The translations under genes and the position numbers were made by a program. Shown here piece by piece: positions 1 to 12,525 of a stretch of DNA of 57,852 nucleotides. The notes beneath the pieces were generated by a model, which saw only the letters and a list, made by a program, of their open reading frames with translations, was not told the origin of the DNA and did not search any database. The DNA comes from Hemiscyllium ocellatum (taxonomy: Eukaryota), in contig NW_026868308.1 in assembly GCF_020745735.1 (NCBI RefSeq), positions 1 through 57,852 on the forward strand. Reading direction: 5' to 3'. How positions within the stretch are numbered: the stretch's first letter is position 1; every line of letters begins with the position of its first letter.

Positions 1-35
1 CCCCGTTCTGATGCCTGTGCTGTGTTCTCCTACAG

Positions 36-1022
36 GAGTAAGTTGGACTGTGACGCAAAGAAATGGAGGTGAGCTCTCTCCCTCAGAACGCGGCCCTCCC
101 TCAGAACGTGGCCCTCCCTCAGAACGCGGCCCTCCCTCAGAACGCTGTCTCCCTCAGAACGCGGCCCTCCCTCAGAACGCGGTCTCCCTCAGAACGCTGT
201 CTCCCTCAGAACGCGGCCCTCCCTCAGAACGCGGCCCTCCCTCAGAACGCGGCCCTCCCTCAGAACGCGGTCTCCCTCAGAACGCTGTCTCCCTCAGAAC
301 GCGGCCCTCCCTCAGAACGCTGTCTCCCTCAGAACGCTGTCTCCCTCAGAACGCGGCCCTCCCTCAGAACGCGGCCCTCCCTCAGAACGCTGTCTCCCTC
401 AGAACGCTGTCTCCCTCAGAACGCGGCCCTCCCTCAGAACGCGGTCTCCCTCAGAACGCGGTCTCCCTCAGAACACGGCCTCCCTCAGAACGCGGCCCTC
501 CCTCAGAACGCGGCCCTCCCTCAGAACCGTGTCCCTGGGAGTGTTTGATGGGGGTCAGTGTAGAGGGAGCTTTACTCTGTATCTAACCCCGTGCTGTCCC
601 TGGGATGTGGGGGACAGTGTAGAGGGAGCTTTACTCTGTATCTAACCCCATGATGTCCCAGGTATCAGTGTAGAGGGAGCTTTCCTGTGTATCTGACCCC
701 GTGCTGTCCCTGGGATCAGTGTAGAGGGAGCTTTCCTGTGTATCTGACCCCGTGCTGTTCCTGGGATGGGGAGTGTAGAGGGAGCATTCCTGTGTATCTG
801 ACCCCGTGCTGTCCCTGGGATGGGGAGTGTAGAGGGAGCTTTCCTGTGTATCTGATCCCGTGCTGTCCCTGGGGTGTGGGGGACAGTGTAGAGGGAGCTT
901 TCCTGTGTATCTGACCCCGTGCTGTCCCCTGCCCCAGGTATCAGTGTTTGGTGTCGGTGGGGGGAGGGGGGAGTTGGGCGGAGGGAGTTGGGCGGAGGGA
1001 GTTGGCCTGTCTCTGCGTGACC

Positions 1023-1057
<35 letters not shown>

Positions 1058-4000
1058 TGTGCCCGCAGATTATTTGCGGATGTTCTGAACGATGTGGCCA
1101 TCTTCCTCGAGATCCTCGCCCCCGGCTTCCCCTCACTCTTCACCACGATCGTCTGCGTTTCCGGCCTGTTCAAGGTAGGGTCCGAGTCACCGGGTGGGCT
1201 TCGCGGTGGGCACCGATGGCCCTCCCCCCCCCCCCCCCAAGTCTCTCCCTCCGCGAGCCCGGCGCCGGGAGGGCAGGCGCGACCTGACTGAGCAACGCCA
1301 CCGAGAGGCCGAGCGATGCCACGGGGGAGGTGGGGCGGGGAGTGGCGTCCATTCCGAGTCAGGGGCTGGCCACGTTTCCAGTCGGTCCCCTCTCGCACGG
1401 GGAGCAATGCCACGGGTGTTCCCCGCCTCCCCTCGCACGGGGAGCAATGCCACGGGTGTTCCCTGCCTCCCCTCGCACGGGGAGCAATGCCATGGGTGTT
1501 TCCCCGCCTCCCCTCGTACGGGGAGCAATGCCACGGATGTTCCCTGCCTCCCCTCGCACGGGGAGCAATGCCACGGACGTTCCCTGCCACCCCTCGCACA
1601 GGGAGCATTGCCACGGATGTTCCCTGCCTCCCCTCGCACGGGGAGCAATGCCACGGACGTTCCCCGCCTCCTCTCGCACGGGGAGCAATGCCACGGACGT
1701 TCCCCGCCTCCCCTCGCACGGGGAGCAATGCCACGGGTGTTCCCCGCCTCCCCTCGCACGGGGAGCAATGCCACGGACGTTCCCCGCCTCTCCTCGCACG
1801 GGGTGCCAGCGCGGCGCCAGGGGTTCGTTTCCCCTCCCCCCTCCCCACCCCCGAACGTCCTGCATTTACCGCCCTCCCGTCTCTCCCTGCAGTCCATCGT
1901 CGGGGTCTCTGGGGGCGCGACACGGGCGGCTCTCACGGTGCACCAGGCCAGGCGTGACAACATGGCCGACGTATCTGCCAAGGACGGGAGCCAGGTAACG
2001 CCTCCGCCCATTCCCCCCCCTCCCACCCCTACCCCCCGAGGGGGGGGGAGGAGGGGGGGGGGTGTTGGGGAGGGAAGGGGGGGTGGTTGGGGGAAGAGAT
2101 TGCGGGGTGGGAACTCGCTGTCCGACGCTGAGTGGGTCTGGCTGAGGGTGCGCAAGACTGCACCCGCCCCCCGCCATTGGGGTGAGAGAGTGTCGGACGT
2201 TGGGTGAGGGGTGGGAGAGGGAGGGAGCTATCCAGAGTTCCCCCCCCCCCACAGGGCGAGTGGGGAGTATTCCCTCACCCTCCCTGGCTCGGCGATGGGG
2301 GAGGGGACAGGGCTTTGAGGGTGGAGGGAGTGAGGAGGGGAGGGCTCCCCGCTGCAGGGTCCCCAGCCTCTGACCTGCTCCTGGAGACACAGGATTGAGA
2401 TGGGGCTGGGGTCCAGGTCAGTTTCTGCTCAATGGGAACCCCCAGGATGTTGATAGTGGGGGGAGGGGGGGGGGATTCAGTGATGGTAACACCATTGAAC
2501 GTCAAGGGGGCGATGGTTAGATTCTCTCTCAATGGGAACCCCCAGGATGTTGATAGTGGGGGGGGGGGGGGAAGGTATTCAGTGACGAAATGGTTGGGGT
2601 GAAGTCAGTTTCAGTGGTTTAGGGTGTGACTGGGTGTCTCACGTGTCTCTCTCTCTCCCTCCTCTCTCCCTCCCCCCTCTCTCTCCCCCTCCCTCTCTCT
2701 CTGTCCCTCTCTTTCTCCCTCTACCCCCCACTCTCCCTCTGTCCCCCTCTCCCTCCTGCCGGCTCTCTCTCTCCCTCCCTCCCTCCCTCCCCCTCCCTTT
2801 CCCTCTCTCTCCCCCTCCCCTCTCCCTCGCTCTCTCCCTGCAGGAGACCCTTGTCAATCTCACTGGCCTGGCCTGTAGCCTGATCCTCACACCCCTCATC
2901 AGTGAGAACATTGTGTACGTGTGGGGTTGGGAGCAGCTCCCAGGAACGTCACGCTGACCCCCGGGCGGAATCTTCGAATCCCGGCAGTGTGGACAAAGGC
3001 CATTCGGCCCATCAGGCCCACACGAACCCCTCTGAAAGGCATCCCGTCCAGTCCCACCATCTCACCCTCTTCCGGTAACCCTGCACGGCCAATCCCACCC
3101 TAACCTGTACATCCCTGGGCACTACGGGACAATTTCCTCACGGCCAATCCCACCCTGACCTGCACATCCCTGGGCACTACGGGACAATTTCCCCACGGCC
3201 AATCCCACCCTAACCTGCACATCCCTGGGCACTACGGGACAATTTCCCCACGGCTGACCCACCCTAACCACATCCCTGGGCACTACGGGACAATTTCCCC
3301 ACGGCTGACCCACCCTAACCTGCACATCCCTGGGCACTACGGGACAATTTCCCCACGGCCTACCCACCCTAACCTGCACATCCCTGGACACTACGAGACA
3401 ATTTCCCCACGGCCAATCCCACCCTAACCTGCACATCCCTGCGCACTACGGGACAATTTCCCCACGGCCAATCCCACCCTAACCTGTACATCCCTGGGCA
3501 CTACGGGACAATTTCCCCACGGCAATCCCACCCTAACCTGTACATTCCTGGGCACTACGGGACAATTTCCCGACGGCCAACCCACCCTAACCCGCACATC
3601 CCTGGGCACTACGGGACAATTTCCCCACGGCCAATCCACCCTAACCTGTACATCCCTGGGCACTACGGGACAATTTCCCCACGGCCAATCCACCCTAACC
3701 TGTACATTCCTGGGCACTCTGGGATACTTTCCCCACAGCCAATCCCACCCTAACCTGTACATCCCTGGGCACTACGGGACAATTTCCTCACGGCCAATCC
3801 CACCCTAACCTGTACATTCCTGGGCACTACGGGGACAATTTCCCCACGGCCAACCCACCCTAACCTGCACATCCCTGGGCACTACGGGACAATTTCCCGA
3901 CGGCCAACCCACCCTAACCTGTACATCCCTGGGCACTACGGGACAATTTCCCCACGGCCAATCCACCCTAACCTGTACATTCCTGGGCACTCTGGGATAC

Positions 4001-7000
4001 TTTCCCCACAGCCAATCCCACCCTAACCTGTACATCCCTGGGCACTACGGGACAATTTCCTCACGGCCAATCCCACCCTAACCTGTACATTCCTGGGCAC
4101 TACGGGGACAATTTCCCCACGGCCAACCCACCCTAACCTGCACATCCCTGGGCACTACGGGACAATTTCCCGATGGCCAACCCACCCTAACCTGTACATC
4201 CCTGGGCACTACGGGACAATTTCCCCACGGCCAATCCCACCCTAACCTGTACATCCCTGGGCACTACGGGACAATTTCCCCACGGCCAATCCCACCCTAA
4301 CCTGTACATTCCTGGGCACTACGGGGACAATTTCCCCACGGCCAATCCACCCTAACCTGCACATCCCTGGGCACTACGGGACAATTTCCCGACGGCCAAC
4401 CCACCCTAACCTGCACATCCCTGGGCACTACGGGACAATTTCCGCACGGCCAACCCACCCTAACCTGTACATCCCTGGGCACTACGGGACAATTTCCCCA
4501 CGGCCAACCCACCCTAACCTGCACATCCCTGGGCACTACGGGACAATTTCCGCACGGCCAACCCACCCTAACCTGTACATCCCTGGGCACTACGGGTGTT
4601 CTGAGAACTGATGGGGTGGGAGGGGAATTTGGGATGGTTGGGTCGGAGCGTGGAACCACGCGAGGGGGAGGCCGAATTGCAGCCTGTGTGCTGATCACTC
4701 ACGTCTCTGTCCACAGCCTGACCTACGTGCTGTACGCCCTCTTCACCGCCCTACACCTCTACGCCAACTACCGGGCGGTCCGCAGCGTGGTGATGTGCAC
4801 GCTGAACCAGGCGCGCCTCCGGCTCCTAGTCGGCGACTTCCTGAGGGCTGGGAAGGTGTCCACACCTGCCGCAGTTAATTCCCGGGAACCTCTGCTTCCA
4901 GGTCAGCGCCGAGGGAGCCCCGCGCTGTGGGAGGGTCAGCGCCGAGGGAGCCCCGCACTGTGGGAGGGTCAGCGCCGAGGGAGCCCCGCACTGTGGGAGG
5001 GTCAGCGCCGAGGGAGCCCCGCACTGTGGGAGGGTCAGCGCCGAGGGAGCCCCGCACAGTGGGAGGGTCAGCGCTGAGGGAGTGGGCACTGAGGGAGGGT
5101 CAGTGCCGAGGGAGCCCCGCACTGTGGGAGGGTCAGCGCCGAGGGAGCCCCGCGCTGTGGGAGGGTCAGTGATGTTGCTGCTTTCTGTTTTTCCCACAGA
5201 TTTCCGACAGAGTGTCAGTATCCATCTGGGAGCTCCTCTCAACACCATCATACACAGGTCAGAACATCCAGCCCCCACCCCGACCCCAGGCTGTAACCCC
5301 CTCCCGGGGAGCTGTTATTGTGTATATAAACCACCCCGAACCCCTCGATTAGATTCCAGTCTGTAACTCCCTCCCGGGGAGCTGTTATTCTGTATATAAA
5401 CCCCCCGAACCCCTCGATTAGATTCCAGTCTGTAACTCCCTCCCCGGGGAGCTGTTATTCTGTATATAAACCACCCCGAACCCCTCGATTAGATTCCAGT
5501 CTGTAACTCCCTCCCCGGGGGGCTGTTATTCTGTATATAAACCCCCCTGAACCCCTCGATTAGATTCCAGTCTGTAACTCCCTCCCGGGGTATCTGTTAT
5601 TCTGTATATAAACCACCCCGAACCCCTCGATTAGATTCCAGTCTGTAATTCCCTCCCGGGGAGCTGTTATTCTGTATATAAACCCCCCCGAACCCCTCGA
5701 TTAGATTCCAGTCTGTGATGTGTTCCCTCTCCCTTTGTCCTCAGTATTTTCGACTACCAGAGAGTATTGGAAAACAACTCCAAAAACTATTTACTGGGAT
5801 TGAACAAAAGGACAGGTATGTAAAAGTTCAATACACCCCGGTCCCAGAGAGAGAGAGGGGGGGAAAGGACAGTGTATCTAACACACCCCGGTCCCAGAGA
5901 GAGAGAGAGGGGGGAAAGGACAGTGTATCTAACACACCCCGGTCCCAGAGAGGGAGAGGGGGGAAAGGACAGTGTATCTAACACACCCCGGTCCCAGAGA
6001 GGGAGAGGGGGGAAAGGACAGTGTATCTAACACACCCCGGTCCCAGAGAGAGAGAGGGGGGGGAAAGGACAGTGTATCTAACACACCCCGGTCCCAGAGA
6101 GAGAGGGGGGAAAGGACAGTGTATCTAACACACCCCGGTCCCAGAGAGAGAGAGAGAGGGGGGAAAGGACAGTGTATCTAACACACCCCGGTCCCAGAGA
6201 GAGAGAGAGTGGGGGGAAAGGACAGTGTATCTAACACACCCCGGTCCCAGAGAGGGAGAGGGGGGAAAGGACAGTGTATCTAACACACCCCGGTCCCAGA
6301 GAGCGAGAGGGGGGAAAGGACAGTGTATCTAACACACCCCGGTCCCAGAGAGAGAGAGGGGGGGGAAAGGACAGTGTATCTAACACACCCCGGTCCCAGA
6401 GAGAGAGGGGGGAAAGGACAGTGTATCTAACACACCCCGGTCCCAGAGAGAGAGAGGGGGGAAAGGACAGTGTATCTAACACACCCCGGTCCCAGAGAGA
6501 GAGAGAGGGGGGGAAAGGACAGTGTATCTAACACACCCTGGTCCCAGAGAGAGAGAGAGGGGAAAGGACAGTGTATCTAACACACCCCGGTCCCAGAGAG
6601 AGAGGGGAAAGGACAGTGTATCTAACACACCCCGGTCCCAGAGAGAGGGGGGGGCGGGGAAAGGACAGTGTATCTAACACACCCCGGTCCCAGAGAGAGA
6701 GGGAGAGAGAGAGAAGGGGGGTGGAAAGGACAGTGTATGTAACACGCCCCGGTCGCGCGGTGATGTTGCTGTGATGTGTGACCGCTCCCTGTGCTATGAG
6801 CTCCCCTTCTGCTGGTAGGTGTGGTGTGTATCTCGCTCAGGGAGGGGGCTGATAGCGTCGACATGATCCAGGCTGGATTCCACGCCGAGATCTTCCAGCA
6901 TCTCCTCCACAGCGACGTCCACGCCTTCGAGGTGGGCCGCCTGACCTTCCCTCGTCTCCAGAAGATGGTCACATCTGGTGAGCCTCAAACCCCTTCCCCT

Positions 7001-8020
7001 TCTCCCCCTTCCCTCAGTCCCCGAGCTTCCCTCCCATCTGTCGATTGGGCGGTGGGTGGGATTTCCGATCTCACCGAAACATGTTGTACCCTGTGGGGAT
7101 TCACCAGGGGGAGACACTGAGGGACATGGGGAGAGCGCGGGAGACTGGGAGATGGATAGATTGTTGGGGGGAGACACTGAGGGACACGGGGAGAGTGCGG
7201 GAGACTGGGAGATGGATAGATTGTTGGGGGGAGACACTGAGGGACACGGGGAGAGTGCGGGAGACTGGGAGATGGATAGATTGTTGGGGGGAGACACTGA
7301 GGGACATGGGGAGAGCGCGGGAGACTGGGAGATGGATAGATTGTTGGGGGGAGACACTGAGGGACACGGGGAGAGTGCGGGAGACTGGGAGATGGATAGA
7401 TTGTTGGGGGGAGACACTGAGGGACACGGGGAGAGTGCGGGAGACTGGGAGATGGATAGATTGTTGGGGGGAGACACTGAGGGACACGGGGAGAGTGTGG
7501 GAGACTGGGAGATGGATAGATTGTTGGGGGGAGACACTGAGGGACGTGGGGAGAGTGTGGGAGACTGGGAGATGGATAGATTGTTGGGGGGAGACACTGA
7601 GGGACGTGGGGAGAGTGCGGGAGACTGGGAGATGGATAGATTGTTGGGGGGAGACACTGAGGGACACGGGGAGAGTGCGGGAGACTGGAGATGGATAGAT
7701 TGTTGGGGGGAGACACTGAGGGACACGGGGAGAGTGTGGGAGACTGGGAGATGGATGGATTTCGAGTAGCTATTGAACTCGCTGCCTCTAATTCCTTTTT
7801 CTCTCATCTCTCGTCTCTCTCTCTCTCTCCGCGTCTGTGACCAGCCCAGGACAAGCGACTGTGGGACGCGGTGGCGGCGACGCACCTCCTGGTCGATCAG
7901 CTCTTCCCCCGGCTCCTAGCCGAAGCACGGGCAGTCGGCTGGAAAACCGACCGGAACCACCTCGGGGTGGACGAGTGGCGGGCCTGGTGGGGCCCTGGGG
8001 AGGGCAAGAAGGGGCGGTGA
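36..8020 (+). CDS. RUSF1: RUS family member 1 (C16orf58 / root UVB sensitive homolog, DUF647); 3' part only, 5' exons lie upstream of the window. Exons: 36-68, 1069-1174, 1893-1994, 2844-2914, 4717-4901, 5200-5257, 5745-5815, 6819-6977, 7845-8020 (stop TGA 8018-8020)
   Basis: Nine exons with AG/GT boundaries and matching phases splice to SKLDCDAKKWR-LFADVLNDVAIFLEILAP...-SIVGVSGGATRAALTVHQARRDNMADVSAKDGSQ-ETLVNL...-ALHLYANYRAVRSVVMCTLNQARL...-GWKTDRNHLGVDEWRAWW...GKKGR*. These match the hallmark motifs of human C16orf58 as I recall them. Confidence 0.95.
79..527. repeat. 20-21-bp minisatellite (ccctcagaacgcggccct / ccctcagaacgctgtct)
   Basis: About 22 tandem units starting right after the RUSF1 donor. 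Confidence 0.95.
530..945 (+). repeat. About 55-65-bp minisatellite, family A (gacagtgtagagggagctttactctgtatctaaccccgtgctgtccctggga)
   Basis: Tandem units; the same family occurs at 13265-13670 (+), 28515-28940 (-) and 46175-47080 (-). Confidence 0.95.
1388..1803. repeat. 40-bp minisatellite (ccctcgcacggggagcaatgccacgg...)
   Basis: About 10 tandem units. Confidence 0.95.
2300..2570 (-). mobile_element. Old LINE (CR1-clade) RT C-terminal fragment with a partial tandem duplication
   Basis: The minus strand reads [28 protein letters not shown]...RAGQRLG-like. Homologous to 21690-21945 and 30195-30680. Confidence 0.65.
2985..4596 (-). repeat. SINE remnant (HE1-like) whose internal ~55-bp segment is amplified into a ~1.5-kb array
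   Basis: Unit cctaacctgcacatccctgggcactacgggacaatttccccacggccaatccacc, preceded by the reverse complement of a CR1-type tail (ggccattcggccc). The array is seen directly; the SINE identity is from recollection. Confidence 0.75.
4902..5170 (+). repeat. 33-bp minisatellite, family C (gtcagcgccgagggagccccgcactgtgggagg)
   Basis: About 8 units; reverse-complement arrays occur at 20220-20567 and 48011-48680. Confidence 0.95.
5290..5715. repeat. About 70-bp minisatellite (ctgttattctgtatataaaccaccccgaacccctcgattagattccagt...)
   Basis: About 6 tandem units. Confidence 0.95.
5833..6752 (+). repeat. About 50-bp minisatellite, family B (aaaggacagtgtatctaacacaccccggtcccaga(ga)n(g)n)
   Basis: Tandem units; the same family occurs at 54076-57349. 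Confidence 0.95.
7107..7760. repeat. 60-bp minisatellite
   Basis: About 11 near-identical units with an exact 60-bp period. Confidence 0.97.
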
Positions 8021-8708
8021 TGGAGAGGAGGGGGTGGGGTGGGGGAGGTGGCGTCAGCCTGAAAGTAGGACAGGGTCGGGGGGAGGTAGGGAAACGAGAC
8101 TGGCCCTCCCCTCCCCCCCCTCCTTCCCCACCCCCCTCTGCTCCTGTTGCCCAGAGATGGCTCCGTCTGGATCCGCGTTCAAGAATGCCAAAAACGACGA
8201 GGGGGAAGAGGGCCGTGGGAACCCGACGGGAGATCTTCGAGCACCCCCGCCCCTCACGCCTTCTCCTTTCGTCCTCCCCCAACGTCCCCACCCCCCCCCC
8301 CCTCCCCCTCTCAGTGTAGGGTTCTCTACGCGGGAGTCCTCCCCCTCTCTCTCGGGCATCTTGGGTGGAGGGTACTTGAGTCTTGTCCTGCGCAGTCCTG
8401 GGCAGTGGGGGGGCGTGGAAGGGGTCGCGAGCGCCGACTGCCTGCCCCTCTCCCGCGATTACGTCAGAGCCCGGGCGTCCCTGGAGAAGGAGCGCCTGGT
8501 GTCCACCAGCTCTCTCTCTCTCTCTCTCGAGCTGTTCCGGGAGAGGTGGGCGCCGCAGGGAGTGGGCTGCGTTAGGTCCTCCTCCCAACTCTTCAATCGC
8601 TCCCCTCCCCTTCGCTGTTTGATCACGCAGCGTTCCCCTCTGATGAGAAGGGCTTCTGCTCATCACTGGCCAGCCTGGCGTTTCCTGTGTTCCTGGTAAT
8701 GGGACATC

Positions 8709-8714
8709 AATAAA
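8709..8714 (+). terminator. Polyadenylation signal AATAAA, probably for RUSF1
   Basis: First AATAAA after the RUSF1 stop (about 690 nt downstream), followed by U/GU-containing sequence. Confidence 0.7.
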
Positions 8715-8751
8715 GATTTACACACTTGTTCCCCATTGTGTCTGACACCTG

Positions 8752-9550
8752 CACACACACNNNNNNNNNNNNNNNNNNNNNNNNNNNNNNNNNNNNNNNN
8801 NNNNNNNNNNNNNNNNNNNNNNNNNNNNNNNNNNNNNNNNNNNNNNNNNNNNNNNNNNNNNNNNNNNNNNNNNNNNNNNNNNNNNNNNNNNNNNNNNNNN
8901 NNNNNNNNNNNNNNNNNNNNNNNNNNNNNNNNNNNCCCACACACACACAGTCACACCCACACACACACACACACTCACACTGACACACAGTCACACCCAC
9001 ATACACACTCACATACACACACACACACTGACACAGACACAGACACACACCCACAGTCACACNNNNNNNNNNNNNNNNNNNNNNNNNNNNNNNNNNNNNN
9101 NNNNNNNNNNNNNNNNNNNNNNNNNNNNNNNNNNNNNNNNNNNNNNNNNNNNNNNNNNNNNNNNNNNNNNNNNNNNNNNNNNNNNNNNNNNNNNNNNNNN
9201 NNNNNNNNNNNNNNNNNNNNNNNNNNNNNNNNNNNNNNNNNNNCTCCCACACAAACACAGACACACACCCACACACACACCCACACAGACACACACACCC
9301 ACACTCACACAGACATGCATACGCTTACACACACTGACACACATCCACACTCTCACTGACACCCACCCACACACAGACACACGCACCCACACAGGCGCGC
9401 GCGCACACACACACACACCCCTACACACACAGACACACATGCACCTGCACACACACCCACGCGCGTACACAGACACACACACCCACACGCGTATACACAC
9501 ACCCACACCCGCCAACACACACGCACACCCCCATGCGCTCACACACACAT
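8752..9550. repeat. (CA)n-rich degenerate microsatellite with N-gaps
   Basis: Seen directly in the sequence. Confidence 0.9.
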
Positions 9551-9898
9551 CGTGGCCGCGGGGAAGAATAAGCCGTCAGGTGGTCGCGTGGAAGAGAAAA
9601 ATAAACTGAAAAAAGACAATGAAAAGCTCTTTGCGGAGAATGTCTCCTTCCACTGTGTGCCTGGAAAGGCAGAGTAGGCCATTCAGCCCTCTCCCTCCTG
9701 GCCCGCTACTCCATGGGATTCTCTGTCTCAACCCCCCCCCTCCTCGGCCCCACAGTCGGAGCGATTTCCCGCTCACCTTCTCGGATGTGCCCGGCCCTGG
9801 CAGAGACCTCTGAGCCCGTGAGGAACTTGGTCCGCCCCTCTCTGTGCTACCGCCCCCCCCTTACCCTGAGACTGCGTCCCCAGGTGCTGGACTCCACT

Positions 9899-12373
9899 GT
9901 TGTGGGGGAGACTGAGCACCTCCGCTGTGGGGACACTGAGCACCTCCGCCGTGGGACACTGAGCACCTCCGCTGTGGGGACACTGAGCACCTCCGCCGTG
10001 AGGACACTGAGCACCTCCGCTGTGGGGACACTGAGCACCTCCGCCGTGGGGACACTGAGCAGCTCCGCCGTGAGGAGACTGAGCAGCTCCGCCGTGAGGA
10101 CACCGAGCACCTCCGCCGTGGGGACACTGAGCACCTCCGCCGTGGGGAGACTGAGCACCTCCGCCGTGGGGACACTGAGCACCTCCGCCGTGGGACACTG
10201 AGCACCTCCGCCGTGGGGAGACTGAGCACCTCCGCCGTGGGGAGACTGAGCACCTCCGCCGTGGGGACACTGAGCACCTCCGCCGTGGGGACACTGAGCA
10301 CCTCCGCCGTGGGGACACTGAGCACCTCCGCCGTGGGGACACTGAGCACCTCCGCCGTGGGACACTGAGCAGCTCCGCCGTGGGGACACTGAGCAGCTCC
10401 GCCGTGGGGAGACTGAGCACCTCCGCCGTGGGGAGACTGAGCACCTCCGCCGTGGGGAGACTGAGCACCTCCGCCGTGGGGACACTGAGCACCTCCGCCG
10501 TGGGGACACTGAGCACCTCCGCCGTGGGACACTGAGCAGCTCCGCCGTGGGGACACTGGGGGTCTCCTCCGCCGTGGGGACACTGGGGGTCTCCTCCGCC
10601 GTGGGGACACTGAGCAGCTCCACCATGGGGACACTGGGGGTCTCCTCCGCCGTGGGGACACTGGGGGTCTCCTCCGCCGTGGGGACACTGAGCAGCTCCG
10701 CCATGGGGACACTGGGGGTCTCCTCCGCCGTGGGGACACTGAGCAGCTCCGCCATGGGGACACTGGGGGTCTCCTCCGCCGTGGGGACACTGAGCAGCTC
10801 CGCCATGGGGACACTGGGGGTCTCCTCCGCCGTGGGGACACTGAGCAGCTCCGCCATGGGGACACTGGGGGTCTCCTCCGCCGTGGGGACACTGAGCACC
10901 TCCGCCGTGGGACACTGAGCAGCTCCGCCATGGGGACACTGGGGGTCTCCTCCGCCGTGGGGACACTGAGCAGCTCCGCCGTGAGGACACTGGGGGTCTC
11001 CTCCGCCGTGGGGACACTGAGCAGCTCCGCCATGGGGACACTGGGGGTCTCCTCCGCCGTGGGGACACTGAGCAGCTCCGCCATGGGGACACTGGGGGTC
11101 TCCTCCGCCGTGGGGACACTGAGCAGCTCCGCCATGGGGACACTGGGGGTCTCCTCCGCCGTGGGGACACTGAGCAGCTCCGCCATGGGGACACTGGGGG
11201 TCTCCTCCGCCGTGGGGACACTGAGCAGCTCCGCCATGGGGACACTGGGGGTCTCCTCCGCCGTGGGGACACTGAGCACCTCCGCCGTGGGACACTGAGC
11301 AGCTCCGCCATGGGGACACTGGGGGTCTCCTCCGCCGTGGGGACACTGAGCAGCTCCGCCGTGGGACACTGAGCAGCTCCGCCATGGGGACACTGGGGGT
11401 CACCTCCGCCGTGGGGACACTGAGCAGCTCCGCCGTGAGGACACTGGGGGTCTCCTCCGCCGTGGGGACACTGAGCTGCTCCACCATGGGGACACTGGGG
11501 GTCTCCTCTGCCGTGGGGACACTGAGCAGCTCCGCCATGGGGACACTGGGGGTCTCCTCCGCCGTGGGGACACTGAGCAGCTCCACCATGGGGACACTGG
11601 GGGTCTCCTCCGCCGTGGGGACACTGAGCAGCTCCGCCATGGGGACACTGGGGGTCTCCTCCGCCGTGGGGACACTGAGCAGCTCCGCCGTGGGACACTG
11701 AGCAGCTCCGCCATGGGGACACTGGGGGTCTCCTCCGCCGTGGGGACACTGAGCAGCTCCGCCGTGAGGACACTGGGGGTCTCCTCCGCCGTGGGGACAC
11801 TGAGCAGCTCCACCATGGGGACACTGGGGGTCTCCTCCGCCGTGGGGACACTGAGCAGCTCCACCATGGGGACACTGGGGGTCTCCTCCGCCGTGGGGAC
11901 ACTGAGCAGCTCCGCCATGGGGACACTGGGGGTCTCCTCCGCCGTGGGGACACTGAGCAGCTCCGCCATGGGGACACTGGGGGTCTCCTCCGCCGTGGGG
12001 ACACTGAGCACCTCCGCCGTGGGACACTGAGCAGCTCCGCCATGGGGACACTGGGGGTCTCCTCCGCCGTGGGGACACTGAGCAGCTCCGCCGTGGGACA
12101 CTGAGCAGCTCCGCCATGGGGACACTGGGGGTCTCCTCCGCCGTGGGGACACTGAGCACCTCCGCCGTGGGACACTGAGCAGCTCCGCCATGGGGACACT
12201 GGGGGTCTCCTCCGCCGTGGGGACACTGAGCAGCTCCGCCGTGGGGACACTGAGCAGCTCCGCCGTGGGACACTGAGCAGCTCCGCCGTGAGGACACTGG
12301 GGGTCTCCTCCGCCGTGGGGACACTGAGCAGCTCCGCCGTGAGGACACTGGGGGTCTCCTCCGCCGTGGGGAC
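9899..12373. repeat. 23/24/27-bp GC-rich minisatellite upstream of PUS3 (ggggacactgagcagctccgccgt / ggggacactgggggtctcctccgccgt)
   Basis: Roughly 100 units of two alternating variants; reverse complement of the repeat in PUS3 coding exon 1. Confidence 0.97.
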
Positions 12374-12525
12374 CGGGGGAACGGTCGAGCGGGGGAGGTG
12401 CTTCCGCCCGGAAGTCGCTGTTGGGGGAAGAGGGGGACGGACCGGAAGTGACCCGCCGGGACCGGAAGCCGCGACGAGGGACCGGCAGAGGGGACGGACC
12501 TCCCGGGAGCGGAGATGGCGGCGCC
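12374..12525 (+). promoter_or_regulatory. Putative PUS3 core promoter (CpG-rich, ETS/GABP-type CCGGAAG motifs, YY1-like GAGATGGCGGC over the ATG)
   Basis: CCGGAAGT at 12408 and 12442 and CCGGAAG at 12462, in a unique CpG-rich spacer directly before the start codon. Confidence 0.65.

Noticed and set aside
3085-4596. ccctaa-containing units as interstitial telomere repeats
   Set aside because: There is only one CCCTAA per 55-bp unit and no (TTAGGG)n run.
8034-8699. 221-aa and neighbouring ORFs after RUSF1
   Set aside because: GC-rich 3' UTR sequence between the stop and AATAAA, with no homology cues.
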